DNA of 64,000 nt from Bacteroidales bacterium (GTDB lineage: Bacteria; Bacteroidota; Bacteroidia; Bacteroidales; VadinHA17), in the NCBI GenBank assembly GCA_049792755.1, contig JBARBF010000024.1, forward strand, positions 5,675-69,674, in the 5' to 3' direction. The notes under the pieces were generated by a model, which saw only the letters and a list, made by a program, of their open reading frames with translations, ran no database searches and was not told where the DNA came from. The translations under genes and the position numbers were made by a program. Positions within the stretch are counted from its first letter, which is position 1; every line of letters begins with the position of its first letter. Below are positions 37,000 to 45,432 of this stretch, piece after piece.

Positions 37000-38469
37000 C
37001 TACTTTTTTGGTTCCGGTAAGTCCAGTACTTTTGTTGTTCCTCCCGTTTCGAGGTTAATTCCGTGAGGCTTATTTGTCTTCCACGAACCACCTGTAAAAT
37101 CAGGAACATCGATTGATTGTGACCTGTTGGCTACTGACCATTCACTTAATGGTGCGATGGAACTCCAGAGAGAACCGTCATATACATTCTGATCCAGAGG
37201 AAGTCCGTTTCTTAAGCAATCCATTAGACGCCAGTCCATTATAAAGTCCATTCCTCCATGACCGCCAACCTTTTTAGCCATTTCACCTAGTTTTTTAACA
37301 ATTCCAGGGGAGTATTTGTCGTATAATTCTTTCATTTTAGTTTCATCTGCCCACTCTTCACCGAGAGCAATTAATTCTTTGGGATATTTGACTACTTTTC
37401 CGTCGGTCCCCTGGAGAAGATGTATTCTTGAATAAGGATGCATAGAAGACACATCGTGCTGTATCATAATTGTCTTTCCCAATGTAGTCTTTACTATCGT
37501 TGTATTCATATTACCCCTGAATTTTGCGTCCTTCCACGGAGCATAGAAAACATCCTGAGAGGCAAGTTCCTTCTCTTTAGGTCCCATTGTATAATCGAGG
37601 GTTGACATAGATGACAGAAACTCCATTTTATCTCCACGGTTGATATTCATTGCCTGACATACAGGTCCCAATCCGTGAGTGGGATAAAGGTTACCATTTC
37701 TGCTTGCATTTTCTTTCAGTCGCCACATATCTGTATAGGCTCCGTCAACCTGTTTATCATCCTGAGGCTTCTTGAAATTATATCCCATAAGATTATGAAT
37801 ATAGGCGCCTTCTCCGTGAATGATCTCTCCAAACATTCCCTGCCTGGCCATATTAAGGGTAAGTAATTCAAAGAAATCATAGCAGCAGTTTTCGAGCATC
37901 ATGCAATGCTTTCTGGTTTTTTCAGAAGTTTCGACAAGTTGCCAGGCTTCATCTATTGTACGTGCAATCGGAACTTCACATGCAACATGTTTTCCATGCT
38001 CCATTGAATATACCGAAATTGGCGTATGAAGAATCCATGGTGTGCAAGTGTAAATAAGATCCAGATCGGGCAGTTCAACAAGTTTTTTCCAGATATTTTC
38101 ATCCCCAAAAAACTCCATAGCCGCAGGTCGTCCTATACCGGCAAGATATTTCTGCGATTCTTTTACACAAACTTCTCTCTTGTCCCCCAACGCTTTGATC
38201 TCAACTCCTTCAATATACGATAATCGTTCAACTGCATCGCTCCCTCTGTCACCTAATCCGATAATTCCTATCCGAACTACCGGAATTGCAGGAGCAGCAT
38301 AGCCCGACATATTAAACTTTTGCGTATGAGATTTCTTAACAGTTTCAAGAATCCCGGAGAGGTTTGATCCGGCTTGTTTCCTGGTGCAGGAAGATAAAAA
38401 ACTGCCAGCCACTGCACCCGCGCCGGCAAAGGTTGCAGTCTTTAAGAAATTGCGACGATTGGTTGCCAT
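37000..38469 (-). CDS. Tat-exported Gfo/Idh/MocA-family NAD-dependent enzyme, GH109-like
   Basis: Twin-arginine signal MATNRRNFLKTATFAGAGAVAG..SC. Rossmann IGIIGLGDRGS. The size (489 aa) and layout resemble GH109 alpha-N-acetylgalactosaminidase-type glycosidases. Confidence 0.7.
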   Translation of the reverse strand: MATNRRNFLKTATFAGAGAVAGSFLSSCTRKQAGSNLSGILETVKKSHTQKFNMSGYAAPAIPVVRIGIIGLGDRGSDAVERLSYIEGVEIKALGDKREVCVKESQKYLAGIGRPAAMEFFGDENIWKKLVELPDLDLIYTCTPWILHTPISVYSMEHGKHVACEVPIARTIDEAWQLVETSEKTRKHCMMLENCCYDFFELLTLNMARQGMFGEIIHGEGAYIHNLMGYNFKKPQDDKQVDGAYTDMWRLKENASRNGNLYPTHGLGPVCQAMNINRGDKMEFLSSMSTLDYTMGPKEKELASQDVFYAPWKDAKFRGNMNTTIVKTTLGKTIMIQHDVSSMHPYSRIHLLQGTDGKVVKYPKELIALGEEWADETKMKELYDKYSPGIVKKLGEMAKKVGGHGGMDFIMDWRLMDCLRNGLPLDQNVYDGSLWSSIAPLSEWSVANRSQSIDVPDFTGGSWKTNKPHGINLETGGTTKVLDLPEPKK

Positions 38470-38582
38470 GATTTATTTTCGTATTAGATCAACAGAATTT
38501 AATTCTCTGCAAATTAATATTTTATTCATTAAGAAATACACTCATTATAATATGAGTTGAATTCACTGTGTTACTGGAGGGT

Positions 38583-38680
38583 GTTGAAAAAGCCACCCCT
38601 GCAGTCTGGCCACGGCGCTAAAATAGCCCACCGGGCTATTTCTTAACGCTTGTGCCCCTCCGTGGTTAGTGGATTTCAAC
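38583..38680. other. Extended imperfect hairpin of about 100 nt (candidate structured RNA or MITE remnant)
   Basis: Outer stem gttgaaa (38583-89) / tttcaac (38674-80), middle stem ccacgg (38610-15) / ccgtgg (38660-65), apical aatagccc-acc-gggctatt (38622-38640). Confidence 0.5.
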
Positions 38681-38823
38681 TTATTCAACAGCCTCAGGAG
38701 ACATTGAGAACCACAAAGAAAATATTATATTTTATGAGTATCGGCATTCAATAATAAACTATTTTAAGTGATTAAATTTCAATCATATAATCTCATGAAC
38801 TCACCCCAACCCCTCTCCGCTCT

Positions 38824-38999
38824 GCCTACCCTTTATACACATCTTTTAAATTAGAGTTTGCAAATAGCATTATCCACGAAGTGGATAAATATGAATAACC
38901 CCCGGTGCCAATGTGCCGGGGGTTATTCGTATTTAGCTCTTTCAGAGCTATTTAAAACATAAGTCAACGTCGGGAAAAAGATGTGTATAAAGGGTAGGC
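38824..38999. repeat. 176-bp unit bounded by perfect 24-bp inverted repeats and enclosing three hairpins
   Basis: IR-L gcctaccctttatacacatctttt (38824-38847) is the reverse complement of IR-R (38976-38999). Inside are ttatccac-gaa-gtggataa (38870-88), a 13-bp stem gaataacccccgg/ccgggggttattc (38893-38928) and tagctct-ttc-agagcta (38934-50). Flanks extend the IR imperfectly (cccctct ... agagggg). Confidence 0.8.
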
Positions 39000-39152
39000 T
39001 TCGCAAAGAGGGGCTAAAAAGAGTCTCCCCCTTCTTTTGCCTGCAAGAGAATCCCGCTTGCGGGATCGACGAAGTCAACGGCGGCAGGGGGATGAGTACA
39101 TATAAGGTAAAAGCATTTCTCAGATAAATATTATTCATTCCTGATAGTCATA

Positions 39153-40292
39153 TTAAATTTTATTAATAATCGATTTATAAAGTTCTTCAACTTTCAAAGA
39201 TTCATATTCCCAGTTCAGGGATTCTGAAGCGATAACAGAATTCTTTTTCAATTCTGTCAGCAGCGCCTTATTATCTCTTAATTGGCTTATGGCTTCACTG
39301 ATTTTTTCAGGATATGTCTCAGAAATCAGTAAACCGCAATTAAATTCTGTCACAATTTTTTCTATTTCAGGAAGTCGGGTCGCAATTACCGGTATACCTG
39401 CACTTATATAATCAAATAATTTATTTGGAAGACTAAAATAGTAATTCAAATTAGAATTTTTATCTAGACTCAATCCGGCATCAGCTGATCTGGTGTATCT
39501 CATTAATTTTTCCCTTGTTTGTACTGGAATAAATATTATTCGATCTGTAAGTCCCAGTTTTGAAACTGTTTCTATAAGAATTCCAAGCTTATCACCGGAA
39601 CCAACAATTAGCAATGAAACATTTTCAGTAAGGTTGACAGCATCAACCAATTCTTCCCCCCCCCTGTCCCTGTTAATCCCGGTACCCTGCATAATCAACA
39701 ACAGATGATCGCGATTTACTCCAAGCTCTTGCCGTGTAAAAGGAACTATTGACCCGGATTTCATTGAACAATTCCTTACTGTTACAGGTTTTAAACCATA
39801 TTCTTTTTCATATTGCAATGCTATAGAATCACTTACAGTCATTACATACTTTAACGCTGGAAAAACTGATTTTTCAATACTTTTCCAAACCCATTTTACA
39901 AATGGTCTGTTTTGAATCTCGGGGACACCGGTAAAGTATTCGTGCGAATCATAAATCAAAGTTGTTTTCTTAAACCATGATATGAGGAAATTAGGAAGAA
40001 GAGTATCCAGATCATTTGATACAAGAAGGTCATATTTATTAAAAAGGAGAAAAATGAACAATCTTATATTATAGAAAGCATAAAAAAGGAAACCTTTTTT
40101 AATGATCATCCTGAACCTTTTAGTCCTGAAAGGCACTGAATCAGAATCACAGCAATATCCCGATCTTCTTCCTATTATAGTTATATCACAGCCAAACCTG
40201 CTGACGATCCCTGCAATTTTCAAAACCCTCTGATCGTGACAAATGCAGTTGGTAACAGAGAAGGCAACTTTAATATTTTTTTTTATGTGCAC
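39153..40292 (-). CDS. Glycosyltransferase family 4 (GT-B fold)
   Basis: 379 aa. The C-terminal half has the GT4-like pattern ...LLIVGSGD..., ADAGLSL... and PNKLFDYISAGIPVIAT. Confidence 0.75.
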   Translation of the reverse strand: MHIKKNIKVAFSVTNCICHDQRVLKIAGIVSRFGCDITIIGRRSGYCCDSDSVPFRTKRFRMIIKKGFLFYAFYNIRLFIFLLFNKYDLLVSNDLDTLLPNFLISWFKKTTLIYDSHEYFTGVPEIQNRPFVKWVWKSIEKSVFPALKYVMTVSDSIALQYEKEYGLKPVTVRNCSMKSGSIVPFTRQELGVNRDHLLLIMQGTGINRDRGGEELVDAVNLTENVSLLIVGSGDKLGILIETVSKLGLTDRIIFIPVQTREKLMRYTRSADAGLSLDKNSNLNYYFSLPNKLFDYISAGIPVIATRLPEIEKIVTEFNCGLLISETYPEKISEAISQLRDNKALLTELKKNSVIASESLNWEYESLKVEELYKSIINKI

Positions 40293-40340
40293 AGGCCTGG
40301 ATAAAAAGATAATAGATGCATTATGTATATAGAATTTAAT

Positions 40341-40368
40341 CAGAAATCAGAAATCAGAAATCAGAAGT
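40341..40368. repeat. Heptamer array cagaaat x3 plus cagaagt
   Basis: Direct reading. The array lies between the ydeI-like stop (40376) and the GT4 start (40292). Confidence 0.85.
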
Positions 40369-40375
40369 GAGTTTT

Positions 40376-40939
40376 TTACATAATCCCCGCCCGCTCGTTA
40401 TTTTCTGACCTCTCAACAATTTTTTTTATTCTGTTCAGTCGAGTTTCTACCCTTTTTGCACTGTTGAGCCAGAATAAATATAATTTGCGACTTGAAGGTG
40501 GAAAATTAGTAAAATTGTTATATGCTGCAATATTATTCTTAAAAGCTTCCATAAGATCATCAGGTACAGGCATGTTAGCTTCAGGCTTTATATCATTGAT
40601 CAATTCAGTTTTTTTTGCTGCTTTTTCATAAGCCGATAAGCCTTCTGGTCTCATCCTGCCTTCATTAATCAGCTTCTTAACCCTGCTCCTGTTTAACTCT
40701 GACCATCTGCTTCCCCTTCTTCGAGGAGTGAACCACTGTATGTAATAATCATCGTTAATTCTTTTAATCTTACCATCAATCCAGCCAAAGCACAAAGCTT
40801 CTTCAACAGCGTCATTATAAGGAATCCGGGGCTTCCCCGAAATTTTTTTATAATAAATCAGCCATATTCCTTTAGACTCAGAATGGTTTTTTTCAAGCCA
40901 CTTTCTCCATTCCCCACGTGTTTTAAAGTACAATTCCAT
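40376..40939 (-). CDS. YdeI/OmpD-associated family protein
   Basis: EWRKWLEKNH....GIWL.YYKK, EEALCFGWIDG and RSRWS..N..RV..L...G.M...G are typical of the YdeI / bacteriocin-protection family. 187 aa. Confidence 0.75.
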   Translation of the reverse strand: MELYFKTRGEWRKWLEKNHSESKGIWLIYYKKISGKPRIPYNDAVEEALCFGWIDGKIKRINDDYYIQWFTPRRRGSRWSELNRSRVKKLINEGRMRPEGLSAYEKAAKKTELINDIKPEANMPVPDDLMEAFKNNIAAYNNFTNFPPSSRKLYLFWLNSAKRVETRLNRIKKIVERSENNERAGIM

Positions 40940-40988
40940 CTTTTTTTGACGAAAGGTAAAATAAATTATTTTTACAGGATATATCAGG

Positions 40989-42014
40989 ATGATGATCTAT
41001 AAAAATATTTCATTGAAGAAATACAATACATTCGGTCTTAACTATAGGGCTGAATGCCTGATTAAGATAAGGACAGAAAAGGAAGCCACCGCTCTGTTCA
41101 ATGGAACCATTGCATGGAAAAAACCACTTCTTATTTTAGGAAGTGGCAGCAACATACTCTTTACCAGTGATTATAAAGGCACAATATTGTATCCTGAACT
41201 TGGAGGAATTAGAATTGAAGAAAAAGATATCAGCAGTGGTTATGTTATCATGTCGGCCGGCGCCGGTCTTAACTGGGATGATTTTGTTGCATGGTCGGTT
41301 AATAAAGGGTTTGGAGGTCTGGAGAATCTTTCTCTTATTCCCGGGAAAGTTGGTGCCGCGTCCGTACAGAATATCGGTGCATATGGTGTGGAAGTAAAAG
41401 ATCAGATAATTAAAGTAAAAACCGTCAATATCAACAATGGTTCAATAAGGATCTTTACAAACGACGAATGTGAATTCAGTTACAGGAATAGTATTTTCAA
41501 AAATCGTGAGAAAGGTAATTATCTGGTTACCAGGGTATATTTCAGACTATTACTTAATCCAACACTGAAACTTAGTTACGGGTCTCTGAAAGAAGAGGTA
41601 AGTAAACTAGGAGCAGAAACTTTGAAAAATGTGAGGCAGGGGGTAATAAATATAAGGCGGAGTAAGTTGCCTGATCCGGAAATAACTGGTAACGCAGGAA
41701 GTTTTTTCAAGAATCCGGTTGTAAAAGAAACTGTAGCTGAAAAACTTAAAAAGGAATATCCTGATATGCCGGTATATAAAGACGATGAAGGATATACGAA
41801 GCTTGCATCAGGCTGGCTTATAGACAGATGCGGATGGAAAGGAAAAAGAACCGGTGACGCGGGTGTTCATGATAAGCAGGCCCTGGTTCTGGTAAATTAT
41901 GGAAAAGCTACCGGAAATGAAATATATAAACTTTCGGAAGATATTAAAAAATCAGTTCTTGAGAAATTTGGAGTCAATCTGGAACGGGAAGTTGAGGTAA
42001 TCGGAGTTATTTGA
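40989..42014 (+). CDS. murB: UDP-N-acetylenolpyruvoylglucosamine reductase
   Basis: NTFGL, ILGSGSNILF, GLENLSLIPGKVGAASVQNIGAYGVE, GNAGSFFKNP and SAGWLID-like SGWLIDRCGWKG. 341 aa. Confidence 0.9.
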   Translation: MMIYKNISLKKYNTFGLNYRAECLIKIRTEKEATALFNGTIAWKKPLLILGSGSNILFTSDYKGTILYPELGGIRIEEKDISSGYVIMSAGAGLNWDDFVAWSVNKGFGGLENLSLIPGKVGAASVQNIGAYGVEVKDQIIKVKTVNINNGSIRIFTNDECEFSYRNSIFKNREKGNYLVTRVYFRLLLNPTLKLSYGSLKEEVSKLGAETLKNVRQGVINIRRSKLPDPEITGNAGSFFKNPVVKETVAEKLKKEYPDMPVYKDDEGYTKLASGWLIDRCGWKGKRTGDAGVHDKQALVLVNYGKATGNEIYKLSEDIKKSVLEKFGVNLEREVEVIGVI

Positions 42015-43035
42015 AAATCTTTCTTCTGTCAAGCTCTTTCTGATATAATAAAGCATTCCTGTTATGTTCTTCAAGAGTTTTTGAAAAATTATGGAATCCT
42101 GAAAAATCAGGCCTTGCGGCAAAATAGAGCCATTCATGCTTCTCAGCATTCAAAACAGCATCGATACCATCAATGCTTGCACATCCTATCGGTCCCGGCG
42201 GCAATCCTGAATGCAAATAAGTATTATAAGGAGAATCGACCAATAAATCCTTTTTTAAAACCCTCGTAACAGTAATATCATTCAACGCAAATATAACGGT
42301 TGGATCTGCCTGGAGCGAAATGCCCTTTTTCAACCTGTTAAGATAGACACCGGCAATACGTGGCTTCTCTTCTGGTTTGGCAGCTTCATCATCAACAATG
42401 GAGGCCAGAACAGATACTTCTTTCTGATCGAGTCCTTTTTCTTTTGCTTTCGACATTCGTTGCTCATTCCAGAATAATTTATACTCCTTCAACATTCTGT
42501 TATATAGCGCTCTGACATTAGTATTCCAGTAAAATTCATAAGTATTAGGAATAAAAACAGAAATAATATTTTCTTTATTGAATCCATCCCTCACATAATT
42601 TGAATCAGAAGAAAAAAAACCAATAATCTTTGATGAATCGGCTTCTATCTGTTTACCTATCCTGCCTGCAATCTGATTCAAAGTACTGACATTACTGAAC
42701 GTAATATCGACAGGTGATTGACTTCCAGATCTTAAAATATTGATTAAACTATTATAAGTCAGGTTTTTGTCAATGATATAACGACCAGGCTTTATCAACG
42801 CAGGGTATTTTTTCTTTTTAGCAAACCAATCCAGAACTTTTCTGTTTTTTATGACAAGTTTTGATTCAAGAGTATCCATGACCTGTTCATATGAGGAAGA
42901 TGTAGGAATGTATATAATCTGATTTGTTTTTCCCGTTAATATATTTATACCAAACAGCTCTCTGTAAATAAGGATCAGAATGACTGAAGCAACAAATGCT
43001 CCGCCTAAAAAATAGAGTATTTTCTTATGTTTCAT
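42007..43035 (-). CDS. mltG: Endolytic murein transglycosylase MltG (YceG-like)
   Basis: N-terminal TM followed by the YceG domain: ASIVDDEA, IAGVYLNRL, LQADPTV, SPYNTYLHSGLPPGPI. The 3' end overlaps murB by 8 nt. Confidence 0.9.
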   Translation of the reverse strand: MKHKKILYFLGGAFVASVILILIYRELFGINILTGKTNQIIYIPTSSSYEQVMDTLESKLVIKNRKVLDWFAKKKKYPALIKPGRYIIDKNLTYNSLINILRSGSQSPVDITFSNVSTLNQIAGRIGKQIEADSSKIIGFFSSDSNYVRDGFNKENIISVFIPNTYEFYWNTNVRALYNRMLKEYKLFWNEQRMSKAKEKGLDQKEVSVLASIVDDEAAKPEEKPRIAGVYLNRLKKGISLQADPTVIFALNDITVTRVLKKDLLVDSPYNTYLHSGLPPGPIGCASIDGIDAVLNAEKHEWLYFAARPDFSGFHNFSKTLEEHNRNALLYQKELDRRKIFK

Positions 43036-43101
43036 ATTCTTTCACATCTAAGGCAAATTTAAGGATAATGTCGAAAACAACAAAAAAACGACTCCCGGCA
43101 T

Positions 43102-43166
43102 ACGATTCACGACACACGGAGAAATGCATTTATATTTTTCCCTGTGTCGTGTGTCCTGCATCGTGG
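43102..43166. other. Imperfect hairpin whose arms are heptamer-periodic (acgattc acgacac acggaga / cctgtgt cgtgtgt cctgcat cgtgg)
   Basis: cacgacacacgg (43108-19) pairs with cctgtgtcgtg (43141-51) with one bulge, around an AT-rich loop. It sits in the divergent mltG/tauE spacer. Confidence 0.5.
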
Positions 43167-43214
43167 TCCCATATTTTTAATAAATTTGCTAAGTTCAATT
43201 TTAAACTAATATTC

Positions 43215-43589
43215 ATGAAAATGTCAACATCAATGATAATGATCCTTATTGTAATAGGGATAATAACCGGGGTAATGGCAGGAATGCTTGGGATAGGAGG
43301 AGCAATAATAATGATTCCGGCTCTTGTTTTTTTATTGGGAATCAGTCAGCAAACGGCTCAGGGCACAAGCCTTGCAGTGATGTTACCTCCTATCGGCATA
43401 ATTGCTGCTTACAATTATTATAAAGCGGGTAATGTAAATATAAGATTTGCACTTGTACTTGCGCTGTTCTTTCTTGTCGGATCTTATTTCGGATCTAAGC
43501 TTGCGTTGAATCTTCCACAGGCGATTTTAAAAAAAATATTCGGAATTCTCCTGCTTCTCGTTGCAGCAAAAATGCTGTTATCAAAATAG
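43215..43589 (+). CDS. Half-size TauE/SafE (DUF81) family membrane protein
   Basis: Start taken at MKMSTS. GVMAGMLGIGGAIIMIPALVFLLG is the TauE/SafE signature. 124 aa with about 4 TM helices. The longer track ORF (42996) overlaps mltG and its leader is not protein-like. Confidence 0.7.
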   Translation: MKMSTSMIMILIVIGIITGVMAGMLGIGGAIIMIPALVFLLGISQQTAQGTSLAVMLPPIGIIAAYNYYKAGNVNIRFALVLALFFLVGSYFGSKLALNLPQAILKKIFGILLLLVAAKMLLSK

Positions 43590-43598
43590 GAGTTCTTT

Positions 43599-44234
43599 TC
43601 AGAACATCAATCCCACACTGAAAAGAAATGCATTTGGCCTGTCATCAAGGTTAAATTTAGTTCCTGCCAGGTTCTGTAACTGATTCTGGTACTTCTGAAG
43701 ACTGCCTTCGTAGCGCAGATCAAAAGTAAGTAAATTTAAAAAGTCAAATCCCAGTCCTGCCTGGTAGCCGAAAGTCATTCTGCTGTAATTATTTTTGAAA
43801 TCCGGATTACTTATCAGAGCTTTTGGCGAATTAATAAGAAGCGAACCTGAAGGACCGGCATTCAAACGAAGAGGACCAAGTTTAAAACCCAGCATAACCG
43901 GAATATCCAGCTTATTAAAGTTCTGCTTGGCAGCAGTCGCAACTGTTGTCTGAACATTAGTTACAGTATATGAATCAGTCCGTGTTGAGAATAAAAGTTC
44001 CGGTTGAACAAAAAAGCCAAAAAGTGTGGCTCTGACGAAAACACCTCCATGAAAACCATATTTTGCCGTCGTCAATCCATCAACAGTAAAGGAAGTTGTT
44101 CCGGAAGTTATTGTTTTAATTGTCGGCATATATAATGAAGTGGTACTTACACCCGCTTTCAGGCCAAATTTAATCTGGGAGAATGCAGGTAATGTAAGAA
44201 GAATTACAAACACTATTGCAATTATCTTTTTCAT
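43599..44234 (-). CDS. Small outer-membrane beta-barrel protein (OMP_b-brl_2 / PorT-like)
   Basis: Signal peptide MKKIIAIVFVILLTLPAFSQ, alternating hydrophobic pattern, and a C-terminal ..FLFSVGLMF beta-signal. Confidence 0.7.
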   Translation of the reverse strand: MKKIIAIVFVILLTLPAFSQIKFGLKAGVSTTSLYMPTIKTITSGTTSFTVDGLTTAKYGFHGGVFVRATLFGFFVQPELLFSTRTDSYTVTNVQTTVATAAKQNFNKLDIPVMLGFKLGPLRLNAGPSGSLLINSPKALISNPDFKNNYSRMTFGYQAGLGFDFLNLLTFDLRYEGSLQKYQNQLQNLAGTKFNLDDRPNAFLFSVGLMF

Positions 44235-44483
44235 GGTTTTAGATTTTAAGTTAATTTAATCAGTAAGTTAGTAATTATCTTTTAATAAAACAGACAGTTG
44301 TATAACGGATATACGGATAAGAATGTTTCACAGAGCCGGTCCTTTTTGTTGATGAATTGGAATTTTTCCTTTTTCAAAAAAAAAATCATAAAATAAAATT
44401 ATAATAAATAATTACCTTAGTGAACACAAATCGGGGAGGAAAAACAAGTTAAATTTACCAGTTAAAAAGTTAAATTTTTTAAT

Positions 44484-45374
44484 ATGAAATTAATTATTAT
44501 AATTCAGGCAGCTTTGTTTTTAGCTCTGATGCCAAATGTGCTGGCACAGGAAAAAAACGACCATAAACTTCATGTAATTATTATCGGGGCTCATCCTGAT
44601 GACCCGGATGAAGTTGGGGGAACAGCTTATAAATGGGCGCAGCTGGGTTATGATGTTTTGATGGTTTCTCTTACAAACGGTGATGCCGGTCATCAATCAA
44701 TCCCGGCAGAAAAACTGGCAAAAATCAGGCGTGAAGAGGCAAGAAAGGCAGGGGAAGTCATAGGTGTCAGGTACATAACGCTCGACAATCATGATGGTCA
44801 GTTAATGCCTACTTATGAAAACAGGTTACAGGTTATTAAGCTTATAAGGGAGCAAAAGGCAGATATTGTAATCTTTCCGCGACCTTATGATTATCATCCC
44901 GATCACAGGTACACCGGCGTTCTGGTTCTGGATGCAGCATATATGGTCACAGTTCCCACCATATTACCGGAAGTTCCTTTTCTTAAGAAAAATCCTATGT
45001 TTCTGTTCATGAGTGATGGATTTATACATCCGGAAGCATTCAAAGCTGACGTGGCCATTGATATTGATGATGTTATTGAAAAGAAAATGGACATGTACCA
45101 CCAGCATAAATCACAAATGTACGAGTGGTTGCCATTCAACCAGGGAATCCTCGATCAGGTTCCTGCTTCTGATGCGGATCGCAGGAAGTGGCTTGGCGAA
45201 ACAAGAAAAGGAGGATCAGATGCTACTCCTTACCGTGACAAGCTGATAGAACTTTATGGCCCCGAACGGGGAGCCAAAATAAAATATTGCGAAGCTTTTG
45301 AGGATTCTGGTTATGGAGCTAAACTGACCAAAGAAAACTTAACCTACTACTTTCCTTTCTTAAAAAAGCAATAA
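44484..45374 (+). CDS. PIG-L/LmbE-family deacetylase (secreted)
   Basis: VIIIGAHPDDPDEVGG (AHPDD motif), NGDAGH and HPDH, with an N-terminal signal peptide. Confidence 0.8.
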   Translation: MKLIIIIQAALFLALMPNVLAQEKNDHKLHVIIIGAHPDDPDEVGGTAYKWAQLGYDVLMVSLTNGDAGHQSIPAEKLAKIRREEARKAGEVIGVRYITLDNHDGQLMPTYENRLQVIKLIREQKADIVIFPRPYDYHPDHRYTGVLVLDAAYMVTVPTILPEVPFLKKNPMFLFMSDGFIHPEAFKADVAIDIDDVIEKKMDMYHQHKSQMYEWLPFNQGILDQVPASDADRRKWLGETRKGGSDATPYRDKLIELYGPERGAKIKYCEAFEDSGYGAKLTKENLTYYFPFLKKQ

Positions 45375-45432
45375 ATCGGTTGAGGTTACCCTATGGCATG
45401 ATATTTGAGATGTGTATCATAAAATATATGCC

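Noticed and set aside
38848-38975. A Bacteroides-type promoter (TAnnTTTG -7 box) inside the IR-bounded segment, as expected for a classical invertible promoter
   Set aside because: I scanned both strands by eye and found only near-misses (tagagtttg, gctatttg). The invertible-promoter idea is therefore kept only as one of several hypotheses.
38923-39138. 71-aa ORF in the repeat-dense spacer
   Set aside because: It reads straight across inverted repeats and GC-rich hairpins. Its Pro/Ser/Leu-rich sequence is what such repeats translate to, and it has no RBS-like context. I treat it as non-coding.
42996-43214. 5' extension of the TauE-like ORF, overlapping mltG and the hairpin element
   Set aside because: The extension overlaps the mltG start on the opposite strand and the heptamer hairpin, and it is not protein-like. 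The TauE signature begins after Met at 43215. Similar trimming was applied at 46432-46584, 50999-51067, 48593-48631, 45412-45432, 59794-59811 and 61401-61424.
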